Source: Lama glama (taxonomy: Eukaryota). From it: a stretch of 64,000 nt of DNA. Each line of letters opens with the position of its first letter. The first letter of the stretch is position 1. The notes under the pieces are model-generated. The model was not told where the DNA came from and ran no database searches. It saw only the letters and a program-made list of their open reading frames with translations. Below are positions 1-13,615 of the stretch, piece after piece. The stretch is from positions 25,794,001-25,858,000 of the forward strand of contig CM052818.1 of NCBI GenBank assembly GCA_028534125.1. The letters are read 5' to 3'. The position numbers and the translations under genes are program-made.

Positions 1-611
1 CTGCCTAGTGCAAACTTTCCTACTGGCAATGCTATCTCAAGGCCATCTTGTATTATTTCTTATATGGTATCTTGCTTATTGCTTTTAGAGTGTTTATTGT
101 TTAAACACTCTGAATAGTTGTTAATTATTATTTACTTTAAAATTTCAAACCTACCTACTAGAGTATAAGCTTCAAGAAGACCATGTCTATTATGCTTGCC
201 ATTAAATCCCCAGTACCTGGCACAGTGCATAATTATTAAAACATATTAGACACTTAATAAATATTGAATGAATAAATATTGATAAGTCCTGCCAAATGTT
301 ATCATGTCCATTTTATAGGGAAGACTGTGGCTCAGAGGACTGAAGTAAAATGCCCCAAATCACACAATTAATAAATGACAGTCAGCATAAGCCTGTGCTC
401 TTCTTCAATGTGCTATATAATAGAATTATAGTCTTCCTTTAATTAATTAATTTTATTGAACTTTGATGAGTGTCTAATAGCACAGCAGAATAAAGTTAAG
501 ATTCAAGGTTATCTTCTTTATTTGACAGCAACCACTTATGTTATCTTTTAGAAATTCTGCTACTGTAAAAGGGGATTAAATGTTAACTTTTTTGGAATTT
601 CATATTTACAG

Positions 612-733
612 GTAAAATTTATGAAGACCATTCCTGGTACAGCACTGGTAGAGATGGGTGATGAGTATGCTGTAGAAAGAGCTGTCACACACCTTAACAA
701 TGTCAAATTATTTGGGAAAAGACTTAATGTTTG
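612..733 (+). CDS. HNRNPLL: HNRNPLL internal coding exon (C-terminal half of RRM3)
   Basis: tttacAG acceptor at 610-611 and GTaatt donor at 734. Translates VKFMKTIPGTALVEMGDEYAVERAVTHLNNVKLFGKRLNV(C), matching hnRNP L-like. 122 nt, ends in phase 2. Confidence 0.97.
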
Positions 734-943
734 GTAATTATTTATCTTAAGTGGTAAAATTAAAAAATATTTAGCCTTTTTATTAGAGACGTTAATTTCC
801 ATTTCAGAAAATTGTAATGTAACTGCGGGCAAATCTGCAATTAACAGCTGTAGTGATGTCATTTTAGACCCTTATGGTCATATAATTTAGATTTTACTTA
901 TTAAATACACCTAATTTTTAGTTTTATGATTACAAAACAGCAT

Positions 944-992
944 TTTTTAAAACATTTTTATTGAGTTATAGTCATTTCCAATGTTGTGTATG
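944..992 (-). mobile_element. Extremely 5'-truncated young L1 3' tip (~49 bp) in HNRNPLL intron
   Basis: Reverse complement ACACAACATTGGAAATGACTATAACTCAATAAAAA matches the 3' terminus of the L1 at 47472-47981. ACAGCAT direct repeats at 937-943 and 993-999. Confidence 0.7.
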
Positions 993-1272
993 ACAGCATA
1001 TTTTTTAATATGAGCAAGTTTTTATATTCAAGTTTTCTAATTTGAAAATGTATTCAATAGATTTTTCTTCCTAAGTGATGTCTAATCTATATGAGTGATT
1101 GATTATAACTTAAAGTATTTACATGTTAAGAATAGTATTTAAACTGTACTTAAATAGCTATATATTTGTTAAGATTGATGCAGGCATACATGTTAACATT
1201 TTGAGATTGTCTGCTTGCTGCTTTTTATCTAACAAAGTTACGTTCTGTACTTCTTTCCTTTCTAATCTTCAG

Positions 1273-1474
1273 TGTATCTAAACAACATTCAGTTGTTCCA
1301 AGTCAAATATTTGAGCTGGAGGATGGTACAAGTAGCTACAAAGATTTTGCAATGAGCAAAAATAATCGCTTTACAAGTGCTGGCCAAGCATCTAAGAATA
1401 TAATTCAGCCACCCTCATGTGTGCTGCATTATTATAATGTTCCACTGTGTGTCACAGAAGAGACCTTCACAAAG
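1273..1474 (+). CDS. HNRNPLL: HNRNPLL coding exon (RRM3-RRM4 linker, start of RRM4)
   Basis: cttcAG acceptor and GTaggc donor. Translates (C)VSKQHSVVPSQIFELEDGTSSYKDFAMSKNNRFTSAGQASKNIIQPPSCVLHYYNVPLCVTEETFTK. Phase is compatible with the previous exon. Confidence 0.97.
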
Positions 1475-2154
1475 GTAGGCACTGAAATAAAATTTGTGTA
1501 GAATGTTCCTATTTCCTATTTTAAAATATATATCATATTTTAGCTTTTTAGAGTCTTGCTCTGTTCATCATCCACTTTTGACATTATTAGTATTCTGTTA
1601 CTAATTTGGTACTTAATATAGTTCATTCTTTGACCATTAACTTTTCTGGCCTCCATCCTTCATTGATCTCTTGTTGGTTTGTGGCTCAGTCTTTTTGAGA
1701 ATTGGAATTAGTATGAGGTACCCTTACTCCTGCATTCAGAAGGTGCTTTTATCATGCCATTAAGTCTCACCCATAAAAAAATTTTACATATCCCTGTATT
1801 TTCCCCTAACTGTAGGAATTGCTTCAGAAAATAATTGATTTTTCTGGAATTCCATTCCCTACCTTAGGTACTTAGGTACTTGATAAATCCTGGTTCAACT
1901 CTGAGTATATATTTTAGTTACAAATCTTGATTTTATTGTACAGCACTAAAATTATATACATAGATTATAGAGTGTCACTATTTTAATTGATTTTTTCATT
2001 CAGCTTATTAATTTAAGAAGATATTTTACTTAATTCATTCATGCCAGACTCAAACCTTAAATGCTGCCATAAAGTTTACTTTCTGGGAGAGAAAAAAAAG
2101 GTAGGAATATTATGTTGGCCACATTTTTAATGGAGTTTTACATTTCTTTGACAG

Positions 2155-2212
2155 TTGTGTAATGACCATGAAGTTCTTACGTTCATCAAATATAAAGTGT
2201 TTGATGCAAAAC
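2155..2212 (+). CDS. HNRNPLL: HNRNPLL coding exon (RRM4)
   Basis: gacAG acceptor and GTaagt donor. Translates LCNDHEVLTFIKYKVFDAK(P). 58 nt. Confidence 0.96.
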
Positions 2213-2296
2213 GTAAGTGCACATTTCCTTTTTTTTAAAGTTTTCTGGTTAGTTTGATGATAAGCAAATAACAGCTGGATTTGTGTTTGGTTTTAG

Positions 2297-2395
2297 CTTC
2301 TGCCAAAACGCTTTCTGGGCTGTTAGAGTGGGAATGCAAAACTGATGCAGTAGAAGCCCTTACAGCACTAAATCACTACCAGATAAGAGTTCCAA
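2297..2395 (+). CDS. HNRNPLL: HNRNPLL coding exon (RRM4)
   Basis: ttttAG acceptor and GTaagt donor. Translates (P)SAKTLSGLLEWECKTDAVEALTALNHYQIRVP(N). 99 nt. Confidence 0.96.
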
Positions 2396-2540
2396 GTAAG
2401 TAGATTGTGTGGTAATTATTCCATGGGATTTACCATCAGAAACATTGATGATAATTTTAAAATAACATTTAGTAGTTTTTTTAATACAGAGAAGTACAAA
2501 TTTCAAAAAGGCATATAAATCCCACAACCCACATAATTCT

Positions 2541-3025
2541 TGTATTAGTTACCTATTGCTGTGTAATAGACTATCACAACATTTAGCAGCTTAAAACAAC
2601 AAACATTTATTATCCTTCTGTTTCTGAGGGTCAGTAATCTGTGTATATAGTTAGGCTGGTAGTTCTGCCTCAGGGTGTCTCATGAGGCTGCAGTCAGCTA
2701 TAATCTGCAGTCATTTCAAGTCTTATGACTGGGGCTAGAAAATCCACTTCAGTGCCCACTCGTAATTCTTTGTAGGGACAGTCAAGTCACATTGGCTCAT
2801 TTCCTTCAGAATGAGATGATGAAAGAGAGATGAAAACAAAAAAACAACAAAACAGAAGCCACAGAGTCTTTTATAACCTAATACTGGAAGTGACATACTA
2901 TGACGTATATTGTAATCTTGTGGTCACACTGACCAACCATAGTGCAGTATGGAAGGGGACTGTACAGGGCTGTGAATACCAGGAGGTAGGGAACATTGGG
3001 GCCATCTTGGAGGCTGACTTCCATA
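2541..3025 (-). mobile_element. MaLR solo LTR (MLT1-type)
   Basis: Begins tgtattagttacctattgctgtgtaa...cagcttaaaacaacaaacatttatt and ends gggccatcttggaggctgacttccata, typical of an antisense MLT1. Confidence 0.7.
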
Positions 3026-3029
3026 GTTC

Positions 3030-4080
3030 CTGTTGTCCTTAAAGCAGTAAGTACATACAGTTAAAAAACTTGGACAGTACATATGGTACAAAGTGGAAGT
3101 TAAAGTTTTCATTAACCTCTAACCTTTTTGTCTTTTATTCCTCCTCCCCAGTGTATGTACCTACATTTTTAAAACTTAAAGTAGAATGATTCTTCTGTAC
3201 ATACTGTTGTGTGCCTTGCTGTTTTCACTTAATATATCTTGGAGCTGTTTCTATATCAGCACATGCAAAGCTACCCCCACCCCGACCCCACCCCTACCAC
3301 AGAGTAGCTATTTTTAGTAGAGATATAGCACACTTTATTGGATTTATCCACTTCTGCATTAATGAACACTGGTTGTTTCCAATTATGTTTTTCTATTACT
3401 GTAATAAACTCCTTATAGTTGCGCTTTTTGTATTTTTAGGGCAGTATTCTTAGAGTGGAGAGCATAAAGGTTTATATTTGGGTAAATGTTGCTAGATTGC
3501 CTTTTAAAAGGTTACACAAGTTTACCTTATTGCCTGTGGTATATGAAAATGCCCACTGCCCAACACTCTTACCAACACTGAGTGTTGTCAGATTTTCAAT
3601 TTTTACCAATATGATAGATGAAAAATGGTATTCCACATAGTTGTTCCAAATGAAATTGTCACTATGTTTATTCTCTCTGAAATGGTAAATGGCCTCTTTT
3701 TTACTGTGCAAAGAAGACTCAAGTATTTAACTTTTGAAGCTTTGTGCTGTGTAATTTACTTTGATTCTGGATCTAAAGGATGTTGAAACTTTATTTTTCT
3801 AAATAATAGGAGAAAAATTGTTATTAATTTTATTAGGTGTGATGATGAATTGTAGTGAAGGGGGAAAAAAAGAATATACACTGAAGGATTTATGGGTGGA
3901 ATAATATATCTAGAATTTGCTTTAAAATATTCCAGCCCCCCAAAAGTGTGTGGAGGGTAGGTAAATGAAATAAGACTGCCAAATGTTGACAGTTATTAAA
4001 GCTATGTGGGTGTTCCTTATACTAATGTATATTTTTTTTATGTTTGAAAATTTTTTTAGTGAAAAGTTAAAAAATAAAAA
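3030..4080. mobile_element. Old L1 (L1M-type) fragments in the last HNRNPLL intron
   Basis: Degraded L1 3'-region motifs (ccaacactgagtgttgtcagattttc...; ggtaaatgaaataagactgccaaatgttgacagtt...). Confidence 0.5.
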
Positions 4081-5424
4081 ATAGGAATACTTCTCATTTT
4101 ACCTTCAGTCACAAAAGTAAATTTTAAGTAGTGAGTCAGGCTTAATTTTTGATGGAAAGTTTTAAAAGACTTTAAAATTATATGTATATTTGAGAAATAT
4201 TCAGGATAGTATATGAACTATAAACTCCTGGGAGACAAGTACAGTTATTTCTCTTTTTATCCTCTGGACTGTCTTACAAATACTTGTTGATGTATATGCT
4301 TTTTCTTTTACAGGATTTTTTTTTTCTTAAGGAGCAATAGCTTTTAATACTAAAATTCTGGTACATTAAGGTACCAGAGTTATTTCTTTGCAGAATTAAT
4401 TGATGAAGAATTATCTCTACCTGGTCTGAAAAATTAGAGGAATGTATCATATGGAAGGATTTTTGTGGATTATACCCAGTTTTGGTTTTTTTTCCAATTT
4501 AAAAATCTATAAAGCCCCATTGATGCTCAGAGATTTAATACTAGATCTCCTGGAACTTTTCCAGCTCATTGATGTCTTCTTGTACATTCCAGTCTTGTCC
4601 CACTTCCCAAGCTATATTTGAATTAGCTTTTTTAGGGTAATTGCCATTGGTAATGTTTTCTGCAAAGTGAGCTTTGGATAGACAAAGATATGCCTAATCC
4701 TGATACTATTTATCTATAATGATTGATTCACTAAAAAGTTGAGAAACTTCTTTTTTGTTATTGAATATTTATTCTTAAATTAAAAACTGAAAATTAATAT
4801 TAGTCATATTACTGTCAACTAAGCCTAGATTTTATTTGTATTCCACCCATGTCACACTAATACCCGTTTTCTCTTCCAGGATCCTATCTAAAATCCCGTA
4901 TTACAATTAGTTGGTATTTTTTCCTAGTCTCTTCCAGCCTATGGGAGTTCCTCTGTTTTTCCTTATTTCTCATATCATTGACATTTTTGAGGAGTACTGG
5001 CTAGACATTGTAGGATGTCCCTCAATTTTATTTCTGTGATTTTTCTCATGATTGAAATGAGATAATGCATTTTGTGCAAGAATAGTACCAAAATGGCATT
5101 GTCTCCTTCTCGGTGTATCATATTAACATAGTAAATTTTTTTAAAAGTACACTATCTCCTTTAATTCCTGAGTGCCTTCTGTGTGTCAGGTGATGCTTAG
5201 AACAATAGGAATGTAAAAATGGACAAAGTCCCTGCCTTCATGGAGCTTACCTACTAGTAGATAAGGAACAAAAGTAATCTTCCCCTTACCTTACATAGAA
5301 ATTTTCCTTCATAACATTCCTTCTTCTAATACTATAAAATGTGAAATAATTTACTTTGCTAATTGATGGTAATCATGAAAGTTTGATGAAGGGAACTGTT
5401 AACTTTGTTTTTTAACTTTTACAG

Positions 5425-5480
5425 ATGGTTCCAATCCCTACACATTGAAGCTTTGCTTTTCTACATCATCCCATTTATAA
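5425..5480 (+). CDS. HNRNPLL: HNRNPLL terminal coding exon with TAA stop
   Basis: ttttacAG acceptor. Translates (N)GSNPYTLKLCFSTSSHL*, the known hnRNPLL C-terminus. TAA at 5478-5480. Confidence 0.96.
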
Positions 5481-7160
5481 GAAGAGAAGAGCATGTTAGA
5501 ATTTATGTTTACCTTATTACAATTTTAAAGCAACACTTCATTTAAAAAAAAAAACCTAAAATGGTTGATCTAATGTTGCCTTGCTTACTTTAAGATCCTG
5601 TTCTGTAATAAACAAATATTTTTGCCTTGAGTAAATTTGTTGTAAACTTAAATATTGAATTGTTTTCATTTTAAAATAGAATATCATAATGTAGACTATC
5701 TACAGCTTTCTTGTAGATTACACAAATATATGATTTCTTATCTTATTTTTCTTCCACAGTGAAAATATATTTGCATTCTTAATGCTAATTATCTGCAAGT
5801 ATTTTTCCATTGTGTATGAGATGAATGCAGGTGAAAGTATTGCATTTTAATATTATAGAATTCCTATTCTATGTTTAGATGTTTTAAGTACGTTGCAGTT
5901 ATTCATATTAAACATAACTTGTATTTATTGAGTATTTTAATCAAGTTTGAGAATAGCATTGCATATATTAAGTACTACAGATTTAGCTGATTTTATATTT
6001 CTGAAAGACTAACAGACATATGGATACACTTATACAGTATGCACTCAAACTTATTTAAATTGGTGTATTTTTTTTTTTTAAGTCATTGTCCATTTGTATT
6101 GACATGCCTCTGTTTCTAGTTCCAGTTTGGAGATTTTATAAAGTTACAGCAATGAGTTAATGTGTTCATCTTCATTTTCTGCACGTGACTTGATCTTGAA
6201 AACACATCTGGTATTTGGCATTGAAATTTTAATAGACGTTATGATTAACAGTTCCTCTTCTAGATAATCTGAGATCCATGGATGGGCTTTAGGGAGTCTG
6301 TGAACCCCCTAAAATTGTATGTAGAATTTTGGGTACTTACATTTTTATTTTTTACTCTTGAATCCGTCAGTAATACATGTATTTTTCTACATGGTACAAG
6401 GTATAAGGATCAAAATTTATTTTTTTTCCCAAACAGATAGCTATTTGTTTCAACACCATTTATTAAACATTCTTTCTCCCACTGGATTTGTTTTTTTGTT
6501 TTTTTTTTTTTTTGAGAATAATATATCTCATACAAAGGCAAGTTAGTGTAAGGGCTAAACATGGTAATTGAGAGACTATACCATATAACACACCCATTAT
6601 CACAGCTTTTTTTATAATAGAAAACTGATGAAATAATAGAAAATTATTTTCATCTTTAAAAGAAGGGAGAATATGTTTTATCTACTTAGAATAACTGTGA
6701 AGGCCATAGTTGGCAATGGTAGTTTTGTGATCCTGAGAGTTTTAAACGAGTTTGTATATAGAAGTTTCATTTAGATCTTTTGTAAAAGCTTTATTTTGAA
6801 TTTTAACATAAAGGAGGTTGCCTTAATCCTTTTAGAAATGATTCAGGAGTTTAAAAAATTTTTTTAATCTGTTGAATAGAAAGTGTAGATGGAAATTAAA
6901 TACCCATTAACCTTTATTTCTCCTTGAATTTTGACAACTGTGGACCAATGTCCCTTTAGCCCTCTAAAGATCTAGAAAATTTTAAATTCCGTCTAGAAAC
7001 ATTTTAGACCCTTATCATGGAATCCAGTAAGTTATGCCAAAGGTAACCTGTGTATGAACTATAAATATATGATATTGGGCTGTGTGTGTTCCTTATTCAT
7101 TGCCAATTTAATACCTAAGTTGACCTGACTTTACAATAAACAAAGCTTTTTTTTTTCTCC
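5481..7160 (+). other. HNRNPLL: HNRNPLL 3' UTR (extent approximate) with candidate poly(A) signals
   Basis: AT-rich sequence after the stop. AATAAA at 5607-5612 and at 7135-7140, the latter followed by a U-rich tract. The true 3' end cannot be determined from sequence alone. Confidence 0.55.
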
Positions 7161-9689
7161 CCATAAATATTCTTCTACATTTGTTGAAAAAAATTGAGAT
7201 GTCTTAATTTTAAAAGGTAACTTGTGAATGTATGTAATACTTGTCTCCTTCCCTTGCCCTCTTCTGGAAACTAATATGGATGTCAGTGTTACAGTAGACT
7301 GCTTTGTGCCTAAGATTTTAGGAGACAGACCTATGAATGGTGACAAGACTTAATTTAGATTTGCTTTAAGTGGTTTGACTTTTAGATATGAACTCCATCT
7401 TGATGCTCTCTCCCCACCAAAGTGACAAGTAAATTCTTCAGACGTGAACTGGTTTGTAGGTTGGGCCTTGCTGATTTACGCACTGGTATATCGGTCCTGT
7501 TCTGTTGCTGTCAGTTGTCTTTGACAGTTTACTTGGGCATCACAGTTTTGTTAATGGAGTTTGTTTTGGCAACTCTGCCTCTTCATTTAGCCTTAACAAC
7601 AACATTCTTCCCTCTGTTATCTTTCTGCTTTTGGGAGAACATCAAAGAGCAGGTTTTACATCTGTAAAAAAATAATACTAGCTTTGAGTTTATTTTTTAG
7701 TACTGAAGTTCCATTCCATATCCAAATCCTATGAAATATTTGATAATCTGCAAAAGTGAGTTATGGACTATAAACTGCCTTTTAAAATCCCTGCTTTCCG
7801 ACTGAGGGTATTACCCCACCAAATAAAAAATATTTACAGTTGAAATTGACATGAGACTTGACAGCATGTTAGTGATTTGATTATCAAAGCAGTATTATTT
7901 TCTAGGACTGAACTGAGAAAAGGGGATAAGAATAACTAAATGGGGTCATTTTATGTTTTCCTTTTATTGGTATCTGCAGGCATGGATAGGTGGCTAGGTG
8001 ACTGCTTCTTAGGAATTATCAGTGAGATTCTCTTCCTAGAATAAATTTTAAGTGTAGAACATTCTTCCATAGTTAGGAATCTAAAGCACAGATTGGCTTC
8101 ACTTAAAAAGTTCTTCAGGTGACAAAGCTCCTTGCACAAAAGATAACTTACAATAACCTTCCAGTCTCCTTATGGCTGTCTGGCTCAAGGGATTTTAATC
8201 CTTTGAGAGGCCATGTGAAGAGAGCCTTTTTATTCATAGTACCATTTATTTGCTCACAGAATTAAGCCTTAAAAAGCAATGGCATTTGATGAAATGAAAA
8301 ATTAAGATTCATGGGTTCTGTCCCTCAGCATGTTTTATTCGGAGCTTTGTTTTTGTTTTTTAACTGTAAATGATTTCCAGTGTCAACCAAAAAGTAAGTG
8401 AGTGTACAAACATGATTCTTGTTTAAGCCAAAAAGAGCTACTGGGGATTTTAAATCTAGTGGCTATTTAATCCATGATGTCGTTTTTCCCTAAAACCTAG
8501 CATTTCTACCAAAGGAATTTGAGTGTTAATCAAAATAATCTATTTTACTTAAACTAATCGTCTTCCTAGCCATCTCAAATTTAAAATGCTTTCAACTTGA
8601 ACAAATGTAGTGAACTTTGCTTTACTAGTAAAAGTTTCTTCAATATAAAGCCCTTTATCTGAGGGAGCACTTGAAATTCTGTTAGTTTTAATTTATGAAT
8701 GAGGAAGTTAGAAATAGTAGATACTGCTGCACCTCCACCCTCCCACATTTTGTAGAGTAATCAAGGTTTAAATGTGCCTCACTGACTGAATCTCATCCCT
8801 CTAGCCCAGTGTCTCTTAATAAGGAAGACACTGCCCCCCTTGGGGGACATTTTGACAGTTTGTAAGGGTGCTTTTTCACATTGTGGAGGATACTACAAGT
8901 ACTTGATAGGCAGAGACCAGGAAAAATTGTCCCTTACCTACAATAACTTTCCAGTATTTCATCAGATATTATCCTAAAAGTAACTCTGTTTTATATATGT
9001 AAACACAAAGTATTTTTGTATACTGTACACTGAATTTTCTAGGAATGCAACTACCTTATGAATCAAGGGAGGAGGATTTTTTGTTCGGGATATTTCCAAA
9101 AGTTGTTTGCCATTTTGGAAAATTGCATCATCAAAGTGGTATCTGAGTTGACATTCCAACATATCAGGGTCAGAGTCATCTCTTTATGTCTTCTATTATA
9201 GCTATTCCTGAGCATTTATGTATCACAATATGCTCTTTATTGTAACTTTTACTTCTCCCTTATATTACAGTTAGGGTTTTGTTTTGTTTTCCATTAAATG
9301 GTGTTTATATGTGTGTGTATTTAGGTAGGTAGGTACTATCTAGGAATTTTATTTCAGCGTAATAGAAGGGTGTCATATTGTTGGGAACGATTGCTTTAAA
9401 CACAGTAATCTAGTTCTGGGTTGAACAGGTAAACCCATATTAATCCAAAGACAGTGGGGCTTAGAATTTGTTAAAGAGTTGGTAAGGGGCCCAAAGGAGT
9501 CTGGTTTGCATGTATAAGGTAGACCTGGCTTTGCCATAGCCATTTTGTTCTTGAGAGAAACTAAGTGGTGGAGAAAAAGTGATACATAGGAGATTGTGGG
9601 CAATTACCCTACAAAGATGGCTATTAGTGAACCATCCTTTGCCAATGTGTGCAAAGCTTCTCAATCAGCATTTTAGTATCTCCCTCTTA

Positions 9690-11365
9690 AAACATGAGTA
9701 GACTGCCAAAAATACAGTACTTTAACATGAAAGACAAAGATCCAAACAGACAAAAAAAGAAATCTAGAGAAAACATAAGACTTGAGGAACAGAAGAAAAT
9801 TAAAAAACAAAAACTTTTACATTTCAGGGAAATGAGGTTTTTGCATGAGTGAAACAAGTATGGAATGCTTTTAAACAACAACAAAAAAGAACAAAACCAC
9901 AATGAACTCTTAAGAAATCAAAAAATGAGAGTCAAAATTAAAAAGTCAATAAAACTAGCAGTGAATAATCAGAAATTGAAAGTGTTTATAATACCACTTG
10001 TAGTAACATAAGAAAGGATGAACTATTTAGAAAATAAACTTGACAAAGATGTGCAAGATCTATACACTGAAAACTATGAAATTTTGCTGAGAGAAACTGA
10101 AGAAGACCTAAATTTTAACTGAGAGGTGTATTTTGTTCATGGGTCAGAAGACTCAATATAGTTATATTGTCAGTTCTCCCAGAATTAACCTATAGATTTA
10201 ACGCAATCCCTATCAAAATCTTTTTAAAATTGAATTTATAACCTGATTCTAAAAATTCACATGAGCTGTGAAGGACCCAGAGTAGTTAAAACAACTTAAG
10301 AGAAAGAAGTACAAAGTTGGAGGACTCAAGTTACTCAGTTTCAAATTTTATTTATACAGCTGCAGTAGTCACCAGAGTGGGTGGTGGTGTAAGATTGCAA
10401 TAGATCAGTGGAACAGAATAACGAGTATAGAAATAGATCCACACGTACATTGCTGACTGATTTTTTGCCAAAAATGAAAAGATAATTCAGTGGCAAAAGT
10501 AAAGTCTTTTCAATGAATGTTGCTGAAACAATTGGATATACATACGCAAAAAAGCTGCAAAATAAACAAAACCCAACAGACTCAGAACTTCGTATCTTTC
10601 ACCATATACGAAATTAATTCAAGATGAATCGAAGACCTAAGTTAAGAACTAAAACTGAATCTTGTAGGCAAAACAGGAGATAAATCTCTGACCTTTGTTA
10701 AAGATTTCTTGTTACAACACCAAAAGCATGGTCCATAAAAAAAAAAACTCATAAATTGGACTTCATCAAAATTAAAACCTCTGCTCTCAGAGAATGAAAA
10801 GACAAGGAGAAAATATTTGCAATGTGTATATGTGATAGAGGACTTGTATCTAGAGAATATAAAGAACTCTCAAAAAATCAGTAATTAGAAAAGAACCCAA
10901 TAAAACTTGACAAAAAGATTAGAATAGACGTTCCACCTTAGATGTATGAATGATCAGTAAGCACATACAAGGATGCTTAACATCATTAGTCAATAGGGTA
11001 ATGGAAGTTAAAACTTCAGTGAGATAACCACTCCATACCTATTAAAATGGCTGAAATTAAGAAGGCTGGCCATACAAAATGTTGGTGAGGCTGTAGAGGA
11101 ACTGGAACTCTCATATGCTTTTGGTGGGAATGTAAAATGGTATAATACTTTGCAAAAATGATTCTGCAGTTTCCTAAATTTTAAGCCATATACTGGCTGT
11201 GTGATCTAGCCATTTACTCCCAGAGGGAAAAAAATGTTTATGTTCATACAGTGACTTGTACACAAACGTTCATAGTAGCTTTACTTACAATAGGCCCGAA
11301 TTGGAAACAGCCCCAAATGTCCATCAACAAGTGAATGAATAAACAAACGATGGTATGAGCATACA
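9690..11365 (+). mobile_element. Old L1 ORF2/3' fragment
   Basis: A-rich sequence with L1 ORF2 hallmarks (gaagactcaatatagtt, gatcagtggaacagaata, aattggacttcatcaaaattaaaac, ggtgggaatgtaaaatggta, aaatgtccatcaacaagtgaatg). Many stops. Confidence 0.85.
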
Positions 11366-11997
11366 TGGTGTCAGTTCTGCTGTGCCACAAGCCTACCCAG
11401 ACCAAGGGAGGGGTACACAGATCCCACCTCTCACTGGCAGGAGTGTCAGTCAGTGTAAGAAGAGCATGCGGGTTGAGAGAGATTGTTGAACGCGTCCTTG
11501 GAAATACCCTTTTTAAAGCCCTGCATCACATGTCCAACTCAGAACACAAAGAACCATTGTCTCATAGCTTGGTGCAGTGCTGTGTGTCGAGAGCCCATTA
11601 ATTTAAACAGCTCTGCCTCTGCTTAATGAAAGCTCTCGTCTAAGAGGCAACAGAGTGTGTCCTATCATAAACGAAGTACTCTTCAAGAACTGCCTGAGCT
11701 CAAAGAAATGCAGTAAGGAAGGGATTGTAGCTTGACAGACATGAAAATTGTAATTAACGTAGATCAACACTTACTGTGGCTACTATTTTCAGTGGTTTCT
11801 TGTTGCTAATCATGTCTGTGTGCAGCGTGGCCAAAGTTTTTGGCATTGTTTAGTTCTCCAGCCACTAGACTTTTCTAGAAAGTGCTCACTCTCTTGAAAT
11901 TGGACCCAAGCAGCTAGTAAACTCGCTCCTTAATTTGAAAAAAAAAATTTTTGTGGTAACCAAATGGCCCCAGATGATGATGAAAAATACCCATATA

Positions 11998-12126
11998 TTG
12001 CTGCCAGCACAGCAAATTCAAGTTTTGGGTTTTGGAATTTTCTGGAATTTTTTTTCCACATAAGTTTGATCTGCAGTTGGTTGAATCCATGAATGTGGAA
12101 CCTGTAGATACAGAGGGCTGACTGTA
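11998..12126. mobile_element. MER2/Tigger-type DNA transposon terminus
   Basis: Ends ttgatctgcagttggttgaatccatgaatgtggaacctgtagatacagagggctgactgTA, resembling a MER2 TIR with TA target. Confidence 0.6.
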
Positions 12127-12247
12127 CGTGCAAATTGATTGTCTAAACAAAAACACTTATGAGAATAAAGGGGGCACTATTGATACATATGCCAGGACAA
12201 CAGAAATTTGTTCTTCCAGGTGAGCCAGGAGAATGGTGCTCTAGAAG

Positions 12248-12420
12248 TAGCTGTTTTCAAACTTGACTGTGCTGCAGAATGCAGGGGTGGGTGAGTGGGG
12301 AATGTAAAACAAAGTTTCCTAGGCCCCATGCCCAGAGATTCTGTATCTGTCAGTCCGAGACGGGCCCAAGAATTGGCCGTTTTCACAAGTGTCCAGGTAA
12401 TTCTGATGCTGGGACTGGTG
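12248..12420 (+). mobile_element. MER5-type hAT MITE
   Basis: ttttcaaacttgactgtgc...ggccccatgcccagagattctg...cccaagaattggccgttttcacaagtgtccaggtaattctgatgctg. Confidence 0.6.
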
Positions 12421-13615
12421 AGGGAATGGAGCTTGGCCTGGAGCAGTTTTTCTGTTGATGTTGACACTAAGCAGGGATTGGCTAATTTTTATGGACATGT
12501 ATAACTGAATCCTGCTTTTCTTCTTAAGGGCTCAGCAATCCATCTGCTGCCCATTAAAAGAGACAGGAAAGCACATTGGTTAAATGAATGGCCTGTGCAG
12601 TCTGATAGAACTGGTTTGAGCACCAGCTTTAGCACTTATTAACTGTATGACATTGGATATGTTTCTTAACATCTCTAAGTCTGTTTTATTTTAGGTAAAA
12701 GAAAAAGAAGAATAGAGTTGTTAGAATTAAACGAGATAAAACAGTTAAAGCACATAGTCTCAATAAACAGTTATGACTGTTATTATGATCACTATTACTA
12801 TTGCTGAACAGGCAGGGATTGCACTGGGCTCGCCCTGGAAGTGCTCGATGTGTGTCACTGTCTCAGATAGACAGTGTCTCCTGGAAAGCAGAAGGAACGC
12901 TTCTTCCCTGACCCACATGGGTGATTCATCAATGCTTGGTGAATGGCTTTTCACTGCACATCTGTTCCCTGACAGCCCCCGAGAAGTCTGTGGAATAGTT
13001 CCCTGAGTCTTTGGCAGCGGAGTCCTACACTGCACAGCTGCTTCAGTATTGTGCTCTGAAATCTCGGGTCTGGTTACTATGGAATAAAAAGCTGAGCACG
13101 GGGACTAGAGAGAAGTTCTCCAAGACAAGTCAACTTGTCTTTTCCGGGTATGTTTTATTTCTTATCCAGCGTAAGTCTAAGAAGCCAAGCTTTTCACGGC
13201 AACATAATTGTTGCTACCCACTAAGGGGAGATGATTTCCTGAAAGATTTCTGCTGTTGTCTTAGCAGGTGAAACTTCGGTACACTGCCGAAGCTGTGTGC
13301 TGTTATTGTTCTTCCTGGGTTGGTTCTTTCCATTCTGAGACAGGAAACAATTGGTAGTTCTGTCCCTATTTGTATTCATTTGGGGGGGGGTTGGTTTGGG
13401 GGTTTTTGGCTTTGTTTTCTTTGTCTTTTGTACTTCCATTCTGTAACATTATCAGCTATATTTTTTGAAAAGTCAGGATGCATCATTTGACACATGGCTT
13501 GATAAAATGTTTGAAATAGAAACTGTCCTGAAAACTCTGGGGCTTCTGGTTGCTCCTGGAGGGGTCTGGGCAGCTCTGTCCAAATACATGTAAGGGATCA
13601 GAAAGGGTGCCTCAG

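Noticed and set aside
2213..2296. 84-nt intron as an anomaly
   Set aside because: It is a canonical GT-AG intron with correct phases, short but within the normal minimal-intron range.
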